Positions 1-5,508 of a stretch of 14,537 nucleotides of DNA are shown in pieces. Every line of letters begins with the position of its first letter. The stretch's first letter is position 1. Position numbers and translations under genes: made by a program. The notes below the pieces were generated by a model. It was not told where the DNA came from, did not search any database, and saw only the letters and a program-made list of their open reading frames with translations. Origin of the DNA: Candidatus Woesearchaeota archaeon (GTDB lineage Archaea > Nanobdellota > Nanobdellia > Pacearchaeales > GW2011-AR1); NCBI GenBank assembly GCA_964544725.1, contig CAZJDG010000018.1, forward strand, positions 1 through 14,537, given 5' to 3'.

Positions 1-134
1 CTTTCAAGTCAGAGGATAAAAGGGAAACAGAATCTAAACTTCACTGTCCAAAATGCTTTAGTGCAAATGTAGGTATGGTTTCAGGTTGTAGCGAACCAAC
101 CTGTTTTGATTGTGGATATTCAAAGTGTAGTTAA
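1..134 (+). CDS. nrdJ: 3' end (last ~43 codons) of a class II adenosylcobalamin-dependent ribonucleotide reductase-like gene: Cys-rich zinc-finger/redox tail
   Basis: Frame 3 reads FKSEDKRETESKLHCPKCFSANVGMVSGCSEPTCFDCGYSKCS*, with the stop at 132-134. The pattern is CxxC-x10-C-x4-CxxC-x4-C at the extreme C-terminus, as I recall for NrdJ tails. The downstream CobO and thioredoxin genes fit. Only the tail is visible. Confidence 0.45.
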   Translation, partial: FKSEDKRETESKLHCPKCFSANVGMVSGCSEPTCFDCGYSKCS

Positions 135-146
135 GGAACCTAAATT

Positions 147-154
147 TTTATATA
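147..154 (+). promoter_or_regulatory. archaeal TATA box (TTTATATA) for the 177 ORF; spacing implies a leaderless mRNA
   Basis: TTTATATA is centred about 26 nt upstream of the ATG at 177. No Shine-Dalgarno-like purine tract lies between them. Confidence 0.45.
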
Positions 155-176
155 ATTTATTCTTTAAGAATAAAGC

Positions 177-869
177 ATGAAAAATATAACTCTCGATGAA
201 TGTATTAGTCTTCAGGAGTCTTTTTTCCATGATGGAGTTTTTTCTCCATTTGAATTCGTTGAAGATTACCATGTATTTTATCCTTTAGCAATAATCGGTG
301 AGGTTGGAAGTCTTGTGAATAATTTCTGCAAAAAAATTAGAAGTCCAAATGACTACTCTTCTAAAATAAGAAATGAATCTGCAGACGTTTTTGTTTACTT
401 CCTTTTATTTGGAAGGATGATAGAAAAAAATGAAGGATTAAGGGTTTTTGGAAAAATTAAAGAAAATTGGGATGAAGAACCCTCAATCATTAAAGATGAT
501 TTTAATTTTAAAGGAGAAATAGATATTTTACTTAAAAAAATATCTTTATTTTCATCTACCGAAAAAAATGAATGTTACACTGAAGAATTTTTTTATGAAA
601 TTTTTAAATTAATAAAAGATATAAATTTTTATGTAACTGGCTCAACTTGGCAAGAAATTATTAATGAATTTCATATCAATGTTATTAAAGAATTTACAAA
701 CATTAAGAAATACTCTCCAGACTTATGGTATAATGGTAGTTGCTATGTAAATTTCTCAAAAATAATTGATTTCATAAAGAGGAATGAGGTTGAAGTTCCA
801 AAAAAAGTTTTCTTATTCCTTGATAGAATAGAAAAACTTCAAAGTGTAGCTAAAAATATAAATCCTTAA
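177..869 (+). CDS. DCTPP1/MazG-like all-alpha NTP pyrophosphohydrolase domain protein with an uncharacterised C-terminal half
   Basis: 230-aa ORF. Residues 38-79 read AIIGEVGSLVNNFCKK...NESADVFVYFLLFG, which resembles the DCTPP1/MazG signatures (GEVGEL...F, then ExxDVLIYL). The second Glu of the first motif is Ser here. The remaining ~140 aa are unrecognisable by eye. Confidence 0.5.
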   Translation: MKNITLDECISLQESFFHDGVFSPFEFVEDYHVFYPLAIIGEVGSLVNNFCKKIRSPNDYSSKIRNESADVFVYFLLFGRMIEKNEGLRVFGKIKENWDEEPSIIKDDFNFKGEIDILLKKISLFSSTEKNECYTEEFFYEIFKLIKDINFYVTGSTWQEIINEFHINVIKEFTNIKKYSPDLWYNGSCYVNFSKIIDFIKRNEVEVPKKVFLFLDRIEKLQSVAKNINP

Positions 870-901
870 ATATTTGTAAATAGCTTTCCAGACGATAAAT
901 C

Positions 902-909
902 TTTATATA
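902..909 (+). promoter_or_regulatory. archaeal TATA box (TTTATATA) for the adenosyltransferase gene
   Basis: This is the same octamer as at 147-154. It is centred about 25-26 nt upstream of the ATG at 931. Confidence 0.45.
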
Positions 910-930
910 TCGGATTTTTGGGTATTATAA

Positions 931-1452
931 ATGGAAGACAAATTCGGTTTAGTCCATATTTATACTGGAGAAGGGAAAGGCAAAACTTCTGCAGGAATGG
1001 GTCTGATTTTAAGAGCTCTTGGAAGAGGCTCAAAAGTAAAAATCATCCAATTATTCAAAAGAGATACTGGAGAACAATTTTTCTTTGAAAATTCAGGAGT
1101 CGAATATTTACAATTCAAACCCTTACATCCTTACTTTAAAACTTATGATGAAAGTGAACTTGGAAATTTAAGAAAAGAATTTTTAGTATTTTGGGAAAAG
1201 GCATTAGAAAATTTTGAAATTTATGATGTGGTTTTAATTGATGAACTTGGTCCAGGAATCAATTGGAAAATAATTCCTGAAGAATTAGCATTAGAATTAA
1301 TTGAAAATAAACCAGAAAACACAGAACTAATTTTAACTGGAAGAGATTTCCCAAAATCATTAATAGATAAAGCAAACTATGTGTCTGAAATCAAAAAAAT
1401 AAAACATCCTTACGATGAAGGAATTCTGGCAAGGGAAGGAATAGAATATTAA
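931..1452 (+). CDS. cobO: cob(I)alamin / cob(I)yrinic acid a,c-diamide adenosyltransferase (CobA/CobO/BtuR family)
   Basis: 173 aa. The N-terminus GLVHIYTGEGKGKTSAGMGLILRALGRGSKVKIIQLFK matches the family P-loop block (vYTGnGKGKTTAAlGlalRA.G.G..V.vvQFlK). LIDELG and the C-terminal HPYDEG block also fit. Confidence 0.85.
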   Translation: MEDKFGLVHIYTGEGKGKTSAGMGLILRALGRGSKVKIIQLFKRDTGEQFFFENSGVEYLQFKPLHPYFKTYDESELGNLRKEFLVFWEKALENFEIYDVVLIDELGPGINWKIIPEELALELIENKPENTELILTGRDFPKSLIDKANYVSEIKKIKHPYDEGILAREGIEY

Positions 1453-1727
1453 TGATACTTTGGATTTTCATAATCCTTGATGCACTAGTTCTCACAACCA
1501 TAACTCTTACACAATTTACTTCAGCTTCAACTTTCCCGTTACTCCTTTCTTCAATAACTTATTTAGGCGCTAAAGGATTTTTATTTTTCGGAGAACCCAT
1601 GAGCACAATAGACCTTTTCATAGCAGTTTATCTTATCCTAATGATTTTTGGAGTTAAGATAATATTCGCTTATTACTTGATGCTTGGGTGGTTTTTGTAC
1701 AAATTACTATTTACTCTTCTTAGTTAG
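1452..1727 (+). CDS. small hydrophobic membrane protein (about 3 TM segments), translationally coupled to cobO
   Basis: 91-aa ORF made almost entirely of hydrophobic stretches. Its ATG overlaps the cobO stop codon (TAATG at 1450-1454). Confidence 0.55.
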   Translation: MILWIFIILDALVLTTITLTQFTSASTFPLLLSSITYLGAKGFLFFGEPMSTIDLFIAVYLILMIFGVKIIFAYYLMLGWFLYKLLFTLLS

Positions 1728-1747
1728 ATATTTTTCTACAACAATAG

Positions 1748-1755
1748 TTATAAAT
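1748..1755 (+). promoter_or_regulatory. TATA-like box (TTATAAAT) upstream of the DCD::Nudix gene
   Basis: Centred 22 nt upstream of the ATG at 1773 and 25 nt upstream of the ATG at 1776. The second ATG may be the true start. Confidence 0.35.
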
Positions 1756-1772
1756 GATTCCGACAAAGAAAG

Positions 1773-3623
1773 ATGATGGACAATCAAAGGGGTCACACCT
1801 TAGTTTCACAGCAATTAAGGTCACTTATTTTAAATGGAGCAATACGGGTTCCAGAATCAAATCTTCTTCAACTCAGTTCAGATATTGAAAGTGAAAAAAA
1901 GAAAAAGGGATGGTTCAAGAAAGATTCTCTTGAAAGAAGGGTGCAACCAGGCTCATTTGAACCCAGTCTAGATGAAGAATTGTTTATTATTGACACTGAA
2001 GGTTCAGGAATTTTCAGACCAAGAAAAAATGAAAGTGTTTACAAAACTCTTTTACAAATTCCTGCACGAAGAAGAGTTAAGGTAAATATAGACGGAGGAT
2101 ATGAAGTAAAGAGGGGACATTCTGCACTAATACATCTTAATGAAAAAATAAACTTTGGAGTTTCCTCCGAATTTGATTTTATAAAATCCTCTCCAAAAAG
2201 TAGCATAGGAAGATTATTTCCAACTACTCGTTTATTATGTGATTATAGTGATTCTTTTGATGAGGCAACTGGAAATCATATGGGAGATTTAGATATGTGG
2301 CTTTTGTTCCAACCTTTTCCTAAAGATTTGATTATACAGCCAGGATTAACCTTAAATCAATTATGGTTCATTAAAGGAGACGCAAAATTAACAAATGAAG
2401 AAATAAGAAATGAATTATATAATAATCCATTGTTGTACGATGGAGATAGAAATCCCATTCAAAATCTAAAAGTTACTGATGGTCTTCCCCTCACTATTGA
2501 TTTAGAAGGAAAAGCAACTGAGGGAGTTGTAGGATTGCGTATGAGAAGAAATCCCCAACCAATTGACCTATCTAAAAAAGAGGAATATCTCCCTGAAGAA
2601 CATTTTGAACCAATTCTAGCAAAAGAAAAAATTGTTCTCAAACCAGGAAATCATTATCTCTTTGCTTCCAGTGAAGTATTATCAATTCCCTCTCACCTAA
2701 GTGCAGAGTTAAGAAGGCATTCACACGAAGGGCTTGAGGGAAAGTCACATGATGCTGGATGGATAGACCAAGGTTTTGTAGGGGATTTAGTTTTTGAAAT
2801 AGGTCCTTATGAAGAAATTACTTTAGAAGGAGAGAGAACACCAATAAGTAGACTTGATTTATTTAGAACATCTGAAATTCCGGATAAAATTTATGGAGTT
2901 GAAATAGGTTCAAGTTACCATGGTCAAAAAGGGCCGAAGACATCGAAACATTTCAAACCATTTGATTTTGCAATGGCTGCCAAAAACTATGAAAAATTAT
3001 CAAAGATGGTTTTAGTGCAAGATAGAGAAGTTTTACTAAGACATAGAACTATTCCTGAAGGGTTTGAACCAATGAGTCCAGAAAACACCCCAAATTTTTT
3101 TAGAGACATTGAAAGTGGTTTTTTCCACTCCCGTTATGATTGTGAAGAAGATCCTTTATTATTACAATTCATACCTTATGTTTTACTTTTTAATCAAGAT
3201 GAAGAAGTTTTTTCATATATCCGATCAGACAACATACACCATTACGGGGACAAAAGACTTTTCGGAAAACATTCAATAGGTGTTGGAGGGCATGTAGTCA
3301 AAAATGATGGACAGGATTATATTAGGAATTGTTTAGAACGAGAATTAGCAGAGGAGGTGAAAATTTCTGGAAAACATTCTCCCCCTTTATTTGCTGGAAC
3401 TCTATATGCAACAAACAAGCCAGTGGACAAAGTTCATTTAGGATTGATATATGCTCTCAGAGCAGAGGGAACAATCGAGCCTAATGAGGATTCAATAGTT
3501 CATGCGGAAATGGCTCCAATTAGTCAAATGAGAGAAGATTATCATCAAGGCATTGAAACCGAAACTTGGACAAGAATATTAATTCCACACTTAAAAAATA
3601 TCTACAATTTATCAAAACCATAA
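1773..3623 (+). CDS. two-lobed dCTP deaminase-like (dUTPase-fold, long DCD type) domain fused to a C-terminal Nudix hydrolase-like domain
   Basis: 616 aa. The N-terminus LVSQQLRSLILNGAIRV...VQPGSFEPSLDEE is Dcd-like. KSSIGRL appears in lobe 1. Lobe 2 has LKPGNHYLFASSEVLSIP...SHDAGWIDQGFVGDLVFEI...SYHGQKGPKTSK. The C-terminus has QFIPYVLLF...SIGVGGHV...LERELAEEVKI, a Nudix REUxEE core. Confidence 0.75.
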   Translation: MMDNQRGHTLVSQQLRSLILNGAIRVPESNLLQLSSDIESEKKKKGWFKKDSLERRVQPGSFEPSLDEELFIIDTEGSGIFRPRKNESVYKTLLQIPARRRVKVNIDGGYEVKRGHSALIHLNEKINFGVSSEFDFIKSSPKSSIGRLFPTTRLLCDYSDSFDEATGNHMGDLDMWLLFQPFPKDLIIQPGLTLNQLWFIKGDAKLTNEEIRNELYNNPLLYDGDRNPIQNLKVTDGLPLTIDLEGKATEGVVGLRMRRNPQPIDLSKKEEYLPEEHFEPILAKEKIVLKPGNHYLFASSEVLSIPSHLSAELRRHSHEGLEGKSHDAGWIDQGFVGDLVFEIGPYEEITLEGERTPISRLDLFRTSEIPDKIYGVEIGSSYHGQKGPKTSKHFKPFDFAMAAKNYEKLSKMVLVQDREVLLRHRTIPEGFEPMSPENTPNFFRDIESGFFHSRYDCEEDPLLLQFIPYVLLFNQDEEVFSYIRSDNIHHYGDKRLFGKHSIGVGGHVVKNDGQDYIRNCLERELAEEVKISGKHSPPLFAGTLYATNKPVDKVHLGLIYALRAEGTIEPNEDSIVHAEMAPISQMREDYHQGIETETWTRILIPHLKNIYNLSKP

Positions 3624-3626
3624 AAG

Positions 3627-3634
3627 TTTATAAA
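3627..3634 (+). promoter_or_regulatory. TATA box (TTTATAAA) upstream of thioredoxin
   Basis: Centred about 31 nt upstream of the ATG at 3662, just after the stop codon of the upstream gene. Confidence 0.35.
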
Positions 3635-3661
3635 TTGTATTTTTTCTATACTCTTGTTAAA

Positions 3662-3988
3662 ATGACAAACAACGATCAAGTTCCAGAATTAAGCGAACAG
3701 GAATTTAATTCTTACATCAAAGAGGGAACTGTTCTGATTGATTTTTTTGCAGACTGGTGCATGCCCTGTGTTATGATGTCTCCAGTAATAGATGAATTAT
3801 CTGAAAAATTTAAAGGGAAAATAAAATTCGGGAAACTAAATATCGAAGACAATTCAAATATTGCACAAAAATTCGGAGTGGCTTCAATTCCAAATTTTAT
3901 ATTATTCAAAGATGGTGAACAAATTGAACAATTTATTGGTTCAATGCCTGGAGATGATTTTAAAGAAAAATTAGAAAACTTTGTTTAA
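3662..3988 (+). CDS. trxA: thioredoxin
   Basis: 108 aa counted from the internal Met (MTNNDQ...). The active site is WCMPC (3755-3769), a variant of WCGPC. A cis-Pro block SIPNFILFKDG and a typical Trx length are present. The ORF-track start at 3566 overlaps the upstream gene and the promoter, so I rejected it. Confidence 0.9.
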   Translation: MTNNDQVPELSEQEFNSYIKEGTVLIDFFADWCMPCVMMSPVIDELSEKFKGKIKFGKLNIEDNSNIAQKFGVASIPNFILFKDGEQIEQFIGSMPGDDFKEKLENFV

Positions 3989-3989
3989 A

Positions 3990-4187
3990 ATGAAAAAGAT
4001 ATGTGGGATTTCAATTGAAGATTTTGCTACGGTTAGATTAGTTGGAGAAACTAGAAATTTAACTCCTGAAGAATTGAGGACAACTCTTAACAGAGATTAT
4101 CATCCTCTTGTTACTAAAGATAATGAAGGTGTTTTAGTTTATATGTCTGATAAAGAATATGAAGAATTGACAAAGGGAAGAGCATAA
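3990..4187 (+). CDS. Phd/YefM-fold small protein (antitoxin-like N-domain only, no toxin-binding tail)
   Basis: 65 aa from the ATG at 3990, which is 1 nt after the trx stop. YHPLVTKDNEGVLVYMSDKEYEELTK aligns by eye with E. coli YefM [27 protein letters not shown]. The protein ends right after this block. Confidence 0.5.
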   Translation: MKKICGISIEDFATVRLVGETRNLTPEELRTTLNRDYHPLVTKDNEGVLVYMSDKEYEELTKGRA

Positions 4188-4206
4188 TTATTTCTGTCTC
4201 GGTAAC

Positions 4207-4214
4207 TTTAAAAA
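4207..4214 (+). promoter_or_regulatory. TATA box (TTTAAAAA) for tRNA-Lys
   Basis: Centred about 27 nt upstream of tRNA position 1 (4238). Confidence 0.45.
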
Positions 4215-4237
4215 TCTAAATTTATTCAATCAATTAC

Positions 4238-4311
4238 GGCTCCGTAGCTCAGCTTGGTAGAGCACTGGACTTTTAATCCAGGTGTCGAGGGTTCGAATCC
4301 CTTCGGGGCCA
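4238..4311 (+). tRNA. tRNA-Lys: tRNA-Lys (anticodon UUU), no intron, CCA not encoded
   Basis: Cloverleaf folded by hand. Acceptor stem GGCTCCG/CGGGGCC with one G-U pair. D arm GCTC/GAGC. Anticodon stem CTGGA/TCCAG with loop CTTTTAA. T arm GAGGG-TTCGAAT-CCCTT. Discriminator A. Total 74 nt. Confidence 0.93.
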
Positions 4312-4312
4312 C

Positions 4313-4318
4313 TTTTTT
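4313..4318 (+). terminator. oligo-T archaeal termination signal after the tRNA
   Basis: A T6 run begins 2 nt after the tRNA 3' end. Confidence 0.4.
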
Positions 4319-4321
4319 AAA

Positions 4322-4588
4322 ATGAGTTTATCAAAACTAATTGAAGAAACAACCCAAAGGGAAACTTATTGTAGAAATATGGCTAAAAAATTTAAAAGAT
4401 TAGCAATTCTTTCGGGAGCAGTTTCTCTAGGTGCATTATATTTTCTTGACAAAAGTCCAACTATGAGTACTTTTACATCCCTAACTGGACTAGGATTCAC
4501 AATATTTGATGTTACCAATTATTTTAGGTATAATCAATATGCAAATTATTTAAGGGAAAGACATCCAATATATTTTAATGAAGATTAA
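4322..4588 (+). CDS. small hypothetical membrane protein
   Basis: 88-aa ORF with hydrophobic segments (LAILSGAVSLGALYFL; FTSLTGLGFTIF). It starts only 10 nt after the tRNA and has no separate promoter. No family recognised. Confidence 0.4.
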   Translation: MSLSKLIEETTQRETYCRNMAKKFKRLAILSGAVSLGALYFLDKSPTMSTFTSLTGLGFTIFDVTNYFRYNQYANYLRERHPIYFNED

Positions 4589-4668
4589 TTTCTCTAAAAA
4601 TCACCTAAAATTGACCAAAAAACAGGTTTCTAAAGCAATTCAGAAATGGTACATCAAGCAGCCTAAAA

Positions 4669-4676
4669 TTTATAAA
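4669..4676 (+). promoter_or_regulatory. TATA box (TTTATAAA) positioned for a leaderless start at the ATG at 4698
   Basis: Centred about 25-26 nt upstream of the ATG at 4698, the same geometry as at the 177 and 931 genes. Confidence 0.45.
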
Positions 4677-4792
4677 TAAAATCTACTTTAAATAATAATG
4701 GATAAATATAAACAAAGATTGGGAAAATTCTTATTGGAACAGGAATTTTTAGCAATCTTATTTCTTTTTCTGGATGTGAAAGTTTTGAAGAG

Positions 4793-5035
4793 ATGGTAGA
4801 ATCGACTCATGATAAAATATATAATAAGGTGTATAATGGTGCCTTACTAAGGTGTGTAGATACAAATCATGATGGTATTATTACATATAAGGAAAAAGAT
4901 GATTTTACTGTAGATTGGATCAAGAATCAAGGTGTAACAATGATAATGGGACAAGGACGTCCACTAAATCCCAGTGGAGAGAAAGTTTCTACAGCAACTT
5001 TGATAGAATGGTTAAAAGAAACATGCCTTAAATAA
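4793..5035 (+). CDS. small EF-hand Ca2+-binding protein; probably the 3' portion of a frameshifted lipoprotein gene that starts at 4698
   Basis: The canonical 12-residue EF-hand loop DTNHDGIITYKE (DxNxDGxIxxxE) lies at 4859-4894. Upstream in the same frame is KIGKILIGTGIFSNLISFSGC, a signal peptide plus lipobox-like Cys, but with no start codon. The nearest promoter-served ATG (4698) is in another frame. Confidence 0.55.
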   Translation: MVESTHDKIYNKVYNGALLRCVDTNHDGIITYKEKDDFTVDWIKNQGVTMIMGQGRPLNPSGEKVSTATLIEWLKETCLK

Positions 5036-5040
5036 TTCTT

Positions 5041-5508
5041 TTACTTTTTCATAGATTTTTTCATTCTGTAAAGCACTAATAACCATGTCAATAAAAAACC
5101 AATTATTGTTATCACTATAATTATCAAAAAATAATTTATCTGTTTTTCAACATAAAAAATGGAGCTTCCAGACGCTTTATCGTCTACCGTGACTATAATT
5201 GAATATATTCCAGATTGTGCATTTTCAGGTATTAAAATAGACTTAACCCAAGAAAGTTGAATCCCAACACCCTTTGTTTCTGTTTTTCCAATAATGATCT
5301 CATTTCCTTTTTTAATTTCATATTCTAAAAAGATATCATGCGTCCCTGGATTTTCCGGGTCTATTATTTCAAAAGTAAAATAAACCTTTTCTCCCGCCTC
5401 AACTCTTTCATATTCCTTAAGAACATTAACAGAAACATCAATTGCCGAAATAAAAGTCAAATTCAAGATTACTATGGATACTATAATATAAATTAATTTT
5501 TTATTCAT
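5041..5508 (-). CDS. secreted, C-terminally membrane-anchored surface protein (single beta-sandwich-like ectodomain)
   Basis: 155 aa. N-terminal signal or TM segment MNKKLIYIIVSIVILNLTFISA. A beta-rich middle of about 105 aa. C-terminal TM segment FLIIIVITIIGFLLTWLLVL followed by the basic tail YRMKKSMKK. Confidence 0.6.
   Translation of the reverse strand: MNKKLIYIIVSIVILNLTFISAIDVSVNVLKEYERVEAGEKVYFTFEIIDPENPGTHDIFLEYEIKKGNEIIIGKTETKGVGIQLSWVKSILIPENAQSGIYSIIVTVDDKASGSSIFYVEKQINYFLIIIVITIIGFLLTWLLVLYRMKKSMKK

Noticed and set aside
2459-2641. 60-aa minus-strand ORF inside the DCD::Nudix gene, and similarly 3712-3909 inside thioredoxin and 12998-13186 over the nusA start.
   Set aside because: These are antisense shadow ORFs overlapping well-supported genes, with no recognisable motifs.
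3566-3661. N-terminal extension of thioredoxin (MDKNINSTLKKYLQFIKTIKVYKLYFFYTLVK) in the ORF track.
   Set aside because: It overlaps the 3' end of the upstream gene and the TATA box at 3627-3634. Thioredoxin homology begins at the Met at 3662, giving a canonical 108-aa protein.
4641-4664. Tiny ORF ATGGTACATCAAGCAGCCTAA (MVHQAA*) in the 4589-4697 spacer.
   Set aside because: It has six codons, no promoter geometry and no conservation argument, so it is most likely a chance occurrence.
4895-5035. A second EF-hand in the small Ca-binding protein (region NPSGEKVSTATL).
   Set aside because: It does not fit the DxDxDG/...E loop consensus at positions 1, 3, 5 and 12. Only the loop at 4859-4894 is canonical.
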